DNA of 64,000 bases from the human T2T-CHM13v2.0 reference genome, Homo sapiens, in the NCBI RefSeq assembly GCF_009914755.1, contig NC_060927.1, one strand, 5' to 3'. Below, piece by piece: positions 17,521-30,826 of the stretch. The position numbers and the translations under genes are program-made. The notes under the pieces are model-generated. The model had not been told where the DNA came from. It worked only from the letters and a program-made list of their open reading frames with translations, and did not search any database. Position 1 is the stretch's first letter, and each line of letters opens with the position of its first letter.

Positions 17521-20500
17521 ACAAACAAACTTCCAAAGATCAAGGATAAAGAAAAGGTCCTAAAAGCAGCAAGATAAAAGAAAAGAATAACATACAATGA
17601 AGCTCCAATACACCTGACAGCAGGCCTTTCATTGGAAACCTTACAGACCAGGAGAGAGCGACATGACATATTTAAAGTGCTGAAAGAAAAAAAAACAAAA
17701 AACAACTTTTACTCTAGAATAGTATATCCAATGAAAATATCCTTCAAACGTGAAGGAGAAATAAAGACCTTCCCAGACAAACAAAAGTTGAAGGATTTCA
17801 TGAACACCAGACTTGTCCTACAACAAATGCTAAGAAGAGCACCTCAATCAGAAAGAAAAGAACGTTAATGAGCAATAAGAAATCATCCGTAACAGTGAAT
17901 TTTGTACACAGAAAAACACAGAATATTGTAACACTGTAACTGTGATGTGTAAACTACTTTTATCCTAAGTAGAAAAACTAAATGATGAACCAATAAAAAA
18001 TAATAACTACAACAACTTTTCAAGACATAGTACAACAAGATACAAATAGAAACAACAAACAGTTAAAAAGTTAGGCAAGAAAGTTAAGGTATAGAGTTTT
18101 TATTAGTTTCCTTTTTGCTTGTTTGTGTATTTATATAAATAATGTTAAGTTATTAGGTTTAAATAATGGATTACAAAATAGTATTGGCAAGCCTTATGGT
18201 AACCTTAAACCAAAAATCATACAAAGGGTACACAAAAAATAAAAATCAAGAAAATCATATCACCAAAGAAAATGACCATCACTAGAAGAAGGCAGGAAGA
18301 AAAGAAAGAAGAAAGAGAAGACCACAAAACAACCAAAAAGCAAATAACAAAATAGCAGGAGTAAGTCTTTACTTATCAATAATATCATTGAGTGTAATTG
18401 GACTGAACTCTCCAATAAAAAGACATTGGCCGAATGGATGAAACAAGACCAACTGATCTGTTGCCTGTAAGATGAACACTTTACCTACAAAGACACACAT
18501 AGACTGAAAATAAAGGGATAGAAAGAGATATTTCATGCCAATGGAAACCACAAAAGAGCAGGAGTAGCTATACTTATATCAGACAAAATAAATTTTAAGA
18601 CAAAAACTATAAGAACAGACTAAGAAGGTCACTATATAATGATAAAGGGGTCAATTCAGCAAGAGGATAGAACAATTTAAAATATACATGCACACAACAC
18701 TGGAGTACCAAGAAATATAAAGTAAATATTATTAGAGCTAAAGAGAAAGATATGCCCAAATACAATAATATCAGGAGACTTCAACACCTCACTTTCAGCA
18801 TTGGACAGATCTTCCAGATGGAAAATCAACAAAGAAATATTGGATTTAATCAGCACTATAGACCAAATGGTACTAATAGATATTTACAGAACATTTCACC
18901 CAATGGCTGCAGAGTACACATTCTTTTCCTCAGCACATGGATCATTTTCAAGAGGGATCATATGTTAGGTCAAAAACTAGTCTTAAAACATTCAAAAAAA
19001 CGAAATATTGTCAAGCATTTTCTTTGATCAAATGGAATAGAAATAGAAATTAATAAAAAGAGGAATTTTGGAAATTATACAATTAGCTGGAAATTATACA
19101 ATATGCTCCTGAATGACCAGTGGGTCAATGAAGAAATTAAGAAGGAAATTTAAAAATTTCTTGGAACATATGATAATGGAAACACAACATACCAAAACCT
19201 ATGGGATATAGCAGAAGTATTACTAAGAGGGAAATTTTTAGCTGTAAGTGCCTACATCATAAAGAGGGAAAATTTCAAATAAACAAGCTAACAATTCATC
19301 TGAAAGAACTAGTAAAGCAAGAGTGAAACAAACCCAAAATTAGTAGAAGGAAAGAAATAATAAAGATCAGAGCAGAAATAAATGAAATTGAAATAAAGAA
19401 AATATAAAAAAATCAATAAAACAAAAGTTGATTTTTTGAAAAGTTAATCAGAATTGACAAACCTTTAGCCAGACTAACCAAAAAAAGAGACAGAAGATCC
19501 AAATAAATAAAACCAGAAATGGAAAAGAAGAAATTACAAATAATACTGTAGAAATTCAAAGGATCATTAGTAGCTACAATGAGCAACTATATGACATTAA
19601 ATTAAAAAAATCTAGAAGAAATGGACAAATTCCTAGACTAGACACATACAACTTACCAAGATTGAACCAGGAAGAAATAAAAAACCTGAACAGATGAATA
19701 ACAACAACCTCAAAGCCATAATAAAAAGTCTCCCAGTTAAGAAAAGCCTGGAACCCAGTGGCTTTACTGCTGAATTCTACCAAACATTTAAAGAACTAAA
19801 ACCAATCCTACTCAAACTACTCTGAAAAATAGAGGAGGAAGGAATATTTCCAAACTCATTCTATAAGGCCAGTATTACCTATCAGTATTACCCTGATACC
19901 AAAACCAGAAAAAGACACAACATAAAAAGAAAACTAGAGGCCCAAATCCCTGATGGACATTGATGCAAAAATCCTCAATAAAACACTAGCAAACTGATTC
20001 AACAATACATTAGAAAGATTATTAATCATGACCAAGTGGGGTTTATCCCTGGGATGAAAAGATGGTTCAACATGTGCAAATCAGTGTGATATATCATATC
20101 AATGGAATGAAGAACAAAAACCATATGATCATTTCAAATAATGCTGAAAAAGCATTCAATAAAATTCAACATCATTTCATGATAAAAACCTTCAAAAAAC
20201 TGGGGATATGAGGAACATACCTCAACATATAAAAGCCATGTACAGCAGACCCACAGCTAGTATCAAACTGAATGTGGAAAACTGAAAAGCCTTTCCTCTA
20301 AGATATGGAACATGACAAGGATGCCCACTTTCACCACTGTTATTTAACATAGTACTGGAAGTCCTACCTAGAGCAATTAGACAAGAGAAAGATATAAAGG
20401 GCATCCAAATTGAAATGGAAGAAGTCAGTTATCTTTATTTGCTGATGATATGATCTTATATTTGGAAAAAACTAAAGACTCCATAAGAAAACTATTAGAA

Positions 20501-22530
20501 CTTTAAAACAAATTCAGTAAAGTTGCAGTATACAAAATCAGCATACAAGAATCAGTAGCATTTGTATATGCCAACAGTGAACAATCTGAAAAAGAAAACA
20601 AAAAAGTAATCCTGTTTACAATAGCCACAAATAAAATTAAATATCTAGGAATCAACCAAAGCAGTAAAAGAGCTCTATGATGAAAACTATAAAACAATTG
20701 AAGAGCACACCAAAAAATGAAAACAAATTTCATGTTCATGGATTAGAAGAATCAGCATTGTTAAAGTGTCTATGTTATCCAAATCAATCTGCAGATTCAT
20801 TGCAATCCCTATTAAATACCAATGTCATTCTTCACAGAAATAGAAAAAACAAAAACAATCCTAAAATTTATATGGATTCACAAAAGACCCAGAATAGCCA
20901 AAGCTATCCTAAGCAAAAAGAACAAAACTGGAGGAATCACATTACCTGACTTCAAGTTATACTAAAGAGCTATAATAACCAAAACAGCATAATACTGGCA
21001 TAAAAAAAGGACAGATAGACCAGTTGAAGAGAATGGAGAACCCAGAAACAAATCTACAAACCTACAGTGAACTCATTGTTGACAAATGTGCCAAGAATAT
21101 ACGCTTGGGAAAAGACAGTCTCTTCAATAAATGGTGCTGGGGAAACTGGATATCCATATGCAGAGGAATGAAATTAGAATCCTATCTCTCATCATATACA
21201 AAAATCAAATTGAAATAGATCAAAGACTTAAATCTAAGACCTCAAACTATGAAACTATTACCAAAAACATTAGGGAAAATCTCCAGGACATTGGTTCGGG
21301 CACACATTTTTTGAGCACCTCACAAGCACAGGCAACAAAAATAAAAATGGAGAAATGGGAACACACAAGATTAAAAAGCTTCTGCACAAAGGATAAAATC
21401 AACAAAGTGAAGAGACAACTCACAGAATGGGAGAAAATATTTGCAAACTATCCACCCGACAAGGGATTAATGACCAGAATATATAAGGTGCTTAAACAAC
21501 TGTACAGCAAAAATTCCAATAACCTAATAAAAAATGGGCAAAAGATTTCAATAGACATTTCTCAGAAGAAGACATACAAATGGAAAACAGGCACATGAAA
21601 AGGTGCTCAACATCATTGATCATCAGAAATGCAAATCAAAACTACAATGAGATATCATTTTACCCCAGTTAAAATGGCCTACATCCAAAAGACAGATAAT
21701 AATAAAGGCTGGTGAGGATATGTAGCAAAGGGAATCGTTGTACACTGTTGGTGAGGATGCAAATTAGTGTAACCACTATGGAGAACAGACTGGAGTTTCC
21801 TCAACAAACTAAAAATAGAGCTACCATATGATCCAACAATCCCACTGCTGGTATATACTAAAAAGAAAGGAAATTCGTATATCAAAGAGATAGCGGCACT
21901 TCCATGTTTATTGCAGCACTGTTCACAATAGCTCAGATTTGGAAGTAACCTAAGTATCTATCAACCAATAAATGGATAAAGAAAATGTGGTACATATACA
22001 AAATGGAGTACTATTCAGCCATAAAAATGAATGAGATTTTGTCATTTGCAACGACTCAGATGGAACTGGAGATCATTATGTTAAGTGAAATAAGGGAGAC
22101 ACAGAAAGACAAACATCCCATGGTCTCACTTATTTGTGGGATCTAAAATAGAAACAATTGAACTTATAGACATGGAGAGTAGAAGGATGATTACCAGAGG
22201 CTGGGAAGTGCAATGGGAATCTGCAGGAGGTGGGATGGTTAATGGGTACAAAAAAGAGTTAGAAACAATAAAGAAGACCTAGTACTTGATAGCACAACAG
22301 GGTGGCTATAGTCAGTAATAACTTGATTATACATTTAAAAATAATGAAAAGATTATTGTTGGATTGTATGTAACACAAAGAATAAATGGTTGAGGGATGG
22401 ATACCCCATTCTTTATGATGTGATTATTTCATATTGCATGCCTATATTAAAACATCTCATGTACCCCATAAATATATACACCTACTAGGTACCCACAAAT
22501 ATTAAAAATTTAAAAAACATAATAAAATAA
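17521..22530 (+). mobile_element. L1MA1/2 relic, from the 3' half of ORF1 through ORF2 to the 3' end
   Basis: ORF1 remnant YPMKISFKREGEIKTFPDKQKL; ORF2 remnants (DSLFNKWCW); L1MA2-type 3'UTR gatagcacaacagggtg...gtacccacaaa plus A tail; many stops. Confidence 0.92.
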
Positions 22531-23059
22531 CAAAATTACTATATGCTTATTTTCATGGTAAAATTATACTTCTAGTCATACAAAATGGGTATAAATGTAT
22601 TATATAAAGATTTATATCTATATAAATATAGACATACGTATTGATTATACAAAATACCTCAATATGTCTATATCTCTATACAGCTAATTAAACACATAAA
22701 CCAATATTATAAAGCTGATCTAAAACTAATGTAAGACCTGCAATAAATATTAATTGATAATTCAATAATTTTACTTGATTTCTTAGCATTTAGAAGCCAT
22801 TTGGGACAGATATAATTTGGATACTTATAAACTGTCTTGAGAAGTATTAGTCATAAAGGTTTGAATTGACATATTGTTTTTTGTTGAAATTTTTCCATTT
22901 AATAAGCAGAAATATTCTCTACCTTCTTTAATATTGTTGCTTCCCTCAAGGACTGCAGAGGTGTCCAATTCCTGTTTATTGTCCTTATTGTTTTGTTGTT
23001 GTTGATAGTAATGATAATGATGATGACGGCATTAAAAGTAACTTGTTTTTTTTCCTGTC

Positions 23060-26000
23060 AAAAAATAAAGAAAATCATAAGAAAACTTTCTAAAACGTGA
23101 GAAAGATATAAATATCAAGGTACAGGAACATCAGAGAATGCCTAACAGCCTTGACCTAAATAAAATGACCTCAATGCATATAATAATCAAGTTCTCAAAG
23201 GTCAAGGACAAAAAGAGGATACTAAAAGCAGGAAAAGAAAAGAAGTAAATAATACTTAGAGGGCCTCTAATTCATCTGGCAACAAACTTCTCAATGGAAA
23301 CAGTACAGGCCAGGAAGGAGTGAGATGACATTTTCAAAGTGCTGAAAGAAAAAGAAAACTCGCCATCCAAGAATATTGTTATCTGGCAACATTGTCCTTC
23401 AAATGTGAAGCAGAGATAAATTCTTTCCAAGACAAACAAAAGCTGAGAGAATTCACCTCCACCAGACCCATTTTACAAAATTTCCAAAAAGAGTTATTCA
23501 GTCTGAAAGAAAAAAGCCCAGTAATATGCAAAACAAAACCATCTGAAAGTATAAAACCCACTGGTAAAATTAAGTACATGAACAAACACAGAATATTCTA
23601 ATACCATATTGTGATTTGTAACCACTTGTAACTCCAGTATGATGCCAAAAAGACAAATCTATCCAAAACAATAATAGCTACAGCAACTTAAGAGGTAGGT
23701 AGTATAAAAATATGTACATTGAGACACCATAAAGCCAAAATGTGGGGGAATGGAGTTAAAGTGTGAAGGTTTCTTTCCTCATGTGTTTCTTTGTTTATTT
23801 ATATTCTGTTTTTGTAATCTAAAATAAGTTGTCATCTTTTAAAAATAACTTGTTGTACCTATAAGTTTTTTTTCTGTAAGCCTCATGATGACTACAGTGC
23901 AAAAACCTATAATAGATGCACTAAAAATAAAAACCAACAAATTAAAACATACTATCAGAGAAAACCATTTAACCACAAAGAGAAAGAAAGGAGTTATAAA
24001 ACAACCAGAAAACAAGCAACAAAATGGCAGTAGTAACTCCTTGAACTCCAGACCTCAGGTGATCCACCCGCCTCAGCCTCCCAAAGTGCTGGGATTACAG
24101 GTGCGAGCCACCAGACCCAGCCTAGTAAGTCCTTACTTACCAATAATGTGAAATGTAAATAGATTCAATTCTTCAATTAAAAGACAGAGGGATGAATGGA
24201 TAAAGAAACAAGACCCAATTCTATGCTATCTACAAGAAACCCACTTCATCTATAAAAACACACAAAGACTGAAAGTGAAGGAATGGAAAAAGGTATTCCA
24301 CACCACAGAAAACCATAAAAAAGCAGGAATAGCTATACTTATATCAGATAAAACAGACTATAAATCAAAGATTGTAAAAAGAGACACAGAAGGTCACTGT
24401 ATAATGATAAGGGAATCAATTCAGCAAGAGGATATAACAATTACTTTTTATATTTATGCACCCAATACCAGAGCTCCCAAGCATATAAAGCAAAAATTAA
24501 TAGACCTAAACTGAGAGGTAGACTACAATACAATAAAAGTAGAAGACTTCAATATTCCACTCTCAGTAATAGACAGATCATTCACAATGAAACAACAGAG
24601 TTGAATTATACACTAGATCAAATGACATTTACAGAACTTTTCATCGAATTGATGCAGATTACACATTCCGTTCATCAGCACATGAAACATTTTCCAGAAT
24701 AGACCACATCACAGGCCACAAAACAATTTTGAACACATTTTAAAAAATGGAAATCATATCAAGTAACTTTTCTGACCACAATGGAATAAAATAAAAATCA
24801 ATAACAAAAGGAACCTAGGAAATTACACAAACACATGGAAATTAAACAATATGCCCCTGAATAACCAATGGGTCAATAAAGAAATTAAGAAATATATTTA
24901 ATAATTTCTGGAAGCAAATGAAAATGGAAATACAACATATCTAAATCTATGGGATTCAGCAAGAGCAGCAGTAAGAGGGAAGTTTATAGCAATAAATGCC
25001 TACACCAAAAAAGTAGAAAGACTTGAAATAAACAACGTAATAATTCACCTCAAGGACCTAGAAAAATAAAGACAAACCAAACCCAAAATTAGTAGAAAAA
25101 AAGAAATAATAAAGTTCACAGCAAAAATAAATGAAATGGAGACTACAAAAAATACAGAAGTTCAGTAAAACAAAAATTTGGGGTTTTTTTTGAAGATAAA
25201 ATTGACAAGGTTTTATCTAGACTAACTGAAAAAAAGAGGGAAGACTCGAATAAAACCAGAAACAAAAACGAGATATAACAACTGAGAACACAGAAACACA
25301 ATGAATCATTCGAGACTATTATGAGAAACTATACTTCTACAAATTGGAAATCCTAGAAGAAATAAAGTCCTGGACACATACAACTTACCAAGATTGAACC
25401 ATGAAGAAATAGAAAACCTCAAAAAACCAATAGCAAGCAACAAGATCAAAGCAATAATAAAAAGTCTCTCATCAAAGCAAAGCCCGAGACCTGATGGCTT
25501 CACTGCTAAATTCTACCAAACATTTAAAGACCTAATACCAATTCTACTCAAACTGTTCAGAAAAACTTGAAGAGAAGGGAATACTTCCCAATTCATTCTG
25601 CCAGACCAGCATTATGCTGATACCAAAACCAGATAAAGACACAACAAAAAGAAAAGTGCAAGCCAACATCCTTGATGAACATAGATGCAAAAATTCCCAA
25701 CAAGTAAACCAGATGCACCAACACATTTAAAAGATCATTCATCTTGATCAAGTGGGATTCATTTTAAAGGTGCAAGGATGGTTCAACATATGCAAATCAA
25801 TGAATATGATACATCCCATTACCAGAAGCAGGAACAAAAACCATATGATTATGTCAATAGATGCTGGAAAAAATTTGATAAAATCCAATATCTCTTTATG
25901 ATAAAAAATTTCAACAAAGTGGGTATAGAAGGAACATGCCTCAAAATAATATAGCCCATGTATGACAAACCCATAGCAAGCATTGCCCTGAAAAGAGTGA

Positions 26001-27612
26001 AAGCCTTTCCTCTAAGATCTGGAGCAAGATAAGAATGACTATTTTCACCATTTTTATTCAACATAATGCTGGAAGTCCTGGCCAGAGCAATTTGGCAAAA
26101 GAAAGAAACAAAGGGCATGCAAATTACAAAGGAGGAAGTCAAATTAGCCTTGTCTGCAGAAGACATAATCTTATACTCATAAAAACCTAAAGATTCCACT
26201 AAAAAACTGTTATAACCAATAAACAAATTCAGTAAAGTTGTAGAATACAAAATCAACATATAAAAATCTGAAGCATTTAGATATACTAAGAGCAAATAAT
26301 CTGGAAAAGAAATCAAGAAAGCAATCTCATTTACAATAGCTACAAATATTAGAAAATACCTTGGAATCAATTTAGTCAAACAAATGAAATATCTATACAT
26401 GGAAAACCATAAAACATCAATATAAGAAATTGAAGATGTCCTAAAAAAGTGAAAGATTTTCCATGGTCATGGATTAAAAAAAATTGTTAAAATGGCAATA
26501 TAACTCAAAGCACTTTATGGATTCAATGCAATTCCTATCAAAATACCAATGACACTCTCTAGACAATTAGAAAAAAAAGTACTAAAATTTATATGGAACC
26601 CTAAGACCACAAATAGCCAAAGTAGTCCTGAGCAAAAAGAACAAATCTGAAGGCATCATACTATCTGCCTTCAAAATATTAATAGATTATAAAACTAGAG
26701 TAACCAAATCAGCATGATAATTGCATAAAAACAGACATACAGACAAATGGAACAGAATAAAGAACCTAGATATAAATCCAAGCATTTACAGCCAACTCAT
26801 TTATCACAAAAGTGCCAAGAACATAACAATGAGGAAAGAACAATCTCTTCAATAAGTGGTGCTGGGAAAACTGGATAACTATATGAAGAACAATGAAATT
26901 AGACCCCATTACTCAATATACATAAAATCATCTCAAAATGCTTTAAAGACTTGAATCTAATACCTCAAACTATGAAGCTACTAGAAGAAAAAATTGCAGA
27001 AAATCTCCAGGACATCAGTCTGGGCACACATTTCTTGAGCAATACTCCACAAGTACAGGTGACCAAAGCACAAACTGACAAATGGGATTACATCAAACTA
27101 AAAACCTTCTATAGAGCAGAAAAAAATATTCCACCAAGTGAACAGACAACCCACAGAATGAGAAAAAATATTTGGAAACTATCCATCTGAAAGTGGAGTA
27201 ATACCCAGAATGTATAAAAAACTCAAATAACTCAACAGCAAACATAAATAACCTGACTTTAAAATGAGCAAAAAAGCTGAATAGATATTTCTCAAAAGAA
27301 GTCATACAAATGACCAATAGGTAAATGAAAAAGTGCTCACTGTCACTAATCATCAAAGAAATGCAAATCAAAACCACAGGAGACATCATCTCACCCCAGT
27401 TAAAATGTCTTTTACCAAAAATGTAGGCAATAACTATGCTGGTGAGGATATAGAGAAAGGGGAGCCCTCCTACACTGCTGGTGAGAATGTAAATTAGTAC
27501 AGCCACTATGGAAAATTGTGGGGGAGTTATTTAAAAAACTAAAAATATTACTACCATATGATCCAGCAATTCCACTGCTGGGTATATAAAAGAAAGGAAA
27601 TCAATATATCAG
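23060..27612 (+). mobile_element. L1MA/L1M relic (ORF1 to late ORF2, no 3'UTR)
   Basis: SFQDKQKLREFTSTRP and KAGIAILISDK (EN) remnants; ends abruptly at ~27612. Confidence 0.9.
24043..24122 (-). mobile_element. Alu 5' fragment (~80 bp), no tail
   Basis: gaactccagacctcaggtgatccacccgcctcagcctcccaaagtgctggg...cagcc between tagtaa(c/g)tcctt repeats. Confidence 0.9.
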
Positions 27613-27776
27613 TGTTCCCTTTTGCTGTTAATTTACCAGGTAATCATAATATAAAAAATGTAAGTGTATAAATGCTATAGTATCTATATAAAATTATTTG
27701 TAGATTTTTAAAATTAATCTTGTGTGTCACTTTAAATAATATGGGAACTAAGTGTTTCTCAAACATTTTTATATAG

Positions 27777-28089
<313 letters not shown>

Positions 28090-28211
28090 CTGAAGCCCTT
28101 ATAAGTAGCTCTTTAACAAATTTTCCCTCCACAAATTTGTCTTGGTAGAATTTTAGGAATTATAATATTATGAGCAAATTCAACACTCTTGAGAAAAATT
28201 TAATGACTAAT

Positions 28212-28700
28212 GCTAATAGTTAGGACTGTTTATGAAAAAAGTAACAGAAACTCAACTACAACAGGCTTTAAAAATGGAATTGTATAGTTCATGGAGGAAG
28301 TGAACAACTAAAACTCAGTATGACAAGCAAAATATTTGAAACTACAGGGATGCTGTCTTCATCTCTCAAATCTGCTTGTATCTGTTCTTGTTATCCTTTT
28401 CACTGTAGGCCAACTTCTTTCACTTCATGTTGAATATGGATGCCAACACTATAATTTTCACATCTTGAGATGTCAGGCACCAGAGAGAAACTAAAGAAAC
28501 TTATTGGCTTCAAGTTTTATATTCTTAGAAAAAGGACTCAGTGATATCTAGGTTGATCCAGGTGTCTGCACGAATTAACTATGCTCATCAGAATGAATGT
28601 ATTTTGATCAATCCAGTTTGAGTTATAAACTCATCCATGTACTAATCAAATATGACCAGAGAGTGTAGCACAATGAAAAATAAGAGTTCCCAGAAATTCA
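28212..28700 (-). mobile_element. Old MLT1 (J/K/N-type) LTR
   Basis: agttaggact...gtaacagaaactcaact...ggctt terminus; highly diverged. Confidence 0.5.
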
Positions 28701-28924
28701 TACAAATGAGGGGTTCCCAGACAAGAGTTGCTGTCACTGTCATGTATCAATTTCTTCTAGATTTCCAACTTTATTACTACAGTAATGTCCTGTCATTAAC
28801 AATCTATTTGTTATTTTATGATTGGTATTGTTTCTAATGCTGTATATTTAGTTGGGCTTTCTTCACAACAGTAGATAAAACAGATCAGTTATGGTCTGGC
28901 AGTGCATCTTGGCAGCCAAGAGGA

Positions 28925-29110
28925 CAGACACTGGGGCAAAAAGAACTGGGTTAAAACACAGCCCCACCGCTTGCTATGTGACCTTGCTTAAGTTTTGTGA
29001 GCTGGGGTGAGTAATTCAAACCTGCTCTGCTTGTTTCTTCATCTGCAAAATGGGAATAATAAAAGTACTGACATTGTAAAACTGTTGTGGAGTACTTAGA
29101 AGAGTGTCAG
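28925..29110 (+). mobile_element. MIR
   Basis: gctatgtgaccttg...tttcttcatctgcaaaatgggaataataaaagtac core. Confidence 0.75.
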
Positions 29111-29156
29111 TTTGTGATGTTAACTATTTAATTGCATAAAAACAATGCAATTAAAA

Positions 29157-29205
29157 CATTAAAGGTAATGGCAAAGACTGCAATTACTTTTGCACCAGCC
29201 TAATA
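29157..29205. mobile_element. MADE1 (Hsmar1 MITE) half with one TIR
   Basis: taatggcaaagactgcaattacttttgcaccagcctaata matches the Hsmar1 TIR end. Confidence 0.8.
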
Positions 29206-30270
29206 TTTTTTTTCTTTCTTTATAAACTGTAATAGAATTTATTAGTCCAAGGCAGGACCTTTTCAAGCCTGCAAGAGCCACAATATTACTGGGCTTATGC
29301 AGTCCCCTAGTGCAGATATAGCTGCAGTAACCAAAAACTTAGATCACAACACCCAGGTTCCTTTGAATACCCACAAATCCTTCCCAAGAAAGACAGGTAC
29401 AAACAAGCTCAGATTGCAAAGACGACAATAAATGCCTAACTCTTCAATACCCAGACACTGAAGAACATCTACTAGCATCAACACCATTCAGAAAAATATG
29501 CCCTCTCCAAATGAACTAAATAGGACATCAGGGACCAATCCTGGAGAGACAGGAGTATGTAGCTTTATGCACAGAGAATTCAAAATAGCTGTTTTGAGGA
29601 AACTCAAAGAAATTCAAGATAACACACACAGAAGGAACTTAGAATTCTATTAAATAAATTAATAGAAAGTTGAAATAATTAAAAAGAATCAAGAAAGGAA
29701 ACCAAGATAATTAAAAAGAATCAAGCAGAAATTCTGGAGTTGAAAAATGCAATTGACATACTGAAGAATGCATCAGTCTCTTACTAGCAAATTCATGAAG
29801 CAGAAGAATTAGTGAGCTTGAAGACAGGCTACTTGAAAACACACAATCAGAGAAGATAAAAGAAAAAAGAATAAAACAGGCCTACAAGATCCAGAAAATT
29901 GCCTCAAAGGGGGAAATCTATGAGTTATTGGCCTTAAAATGGAAAAAAAGAGAGTGATAGGAGTAGAAAGTTTATTCAACAAGATAAGAACAGAGAACTT
30001 CCCAAACCTAGAGAAAGATATCAGTATTCAAGTACAAGAAGGGTACAGAACACCAGGCTGACTTAACCCAAATAGAACTATCTCAAGATATTTAATGATG
30101 GAACTTCCAAAGGTCAAAGATAAAAAAAGGATTCTAAAAGCAGCAAGAGAAAAGAAACAAATAGCATGCAATGGAGTTCCAATACATGCAGCAGCAGACT
30201 TCTCAGTGGAAACCTTATAGGTCAAGAGAGTAGCATGACATATTTAAAGTGCTGAAGGAAAAAAAAAATA

Positions 30271-30826
30271 CTGGACGGTGAGAGGAACACACAGGCAGAA
30301 GAAGACAAGCAGCTAGACATCAAGAGGATGTCGAGGGGAGCAGGCTGGCAGAAGAGCACAATGACAGACACGAGCATGCGGGCAGGCCATCAACCAGCAC
30401 ATGAGATGGAGTTTGGCCAGGACAGTCAGCCCAACTCCAGGGAAAAACCATCTCCCTTCTGGCTCCCCCATCGGCTGAGAGCTACTTCCACTCAATAAAA
30501 CTTTGCACTCATTCTCCAAACCCATGTGTGATCTGATTCTTCCGGTACACCAAGGCAAGAACCCGGGATACAGAAAGCCCTCTGTCCTTGCCACAAGGTA
30601 GAGGTTTAATTGAGCTGGTTAACACAAGCCGCCTATACATGGCAAACTAAAAGAGCACCCTGTAACACACACCCCCTGGGGCTTCAGGGGTAAACATTCA
30701 CCCCTAGACACTGCCATGGGGTTGGAGCCACACAGCCTGCCCATCTATAGCCTTCCCTAGAGGTCTGAGCAAGCCACACCCCATTGCATGTCCTTCAAGG
30801 GGGACAAGGGAACTTTTCCCATTTCT
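30271..30826 (+). mobile_element. MER52-type ERV1 LTR, 3' portion only
   Basis: ctcaataaaactttgcactcattctcc...cacca aggcaagaacccgggatacagaaagccctctgtcc...ggggacaagggaacttttcccatttc. Confidence 0.85.

Noticed and set aside
29675-29725. 19-bp direct repeat with filler (similar small duplications at ~8792-8831 and ~19870)
   Set aside because: Ordinary slippage or repair micro-duplications inside dead L1s.
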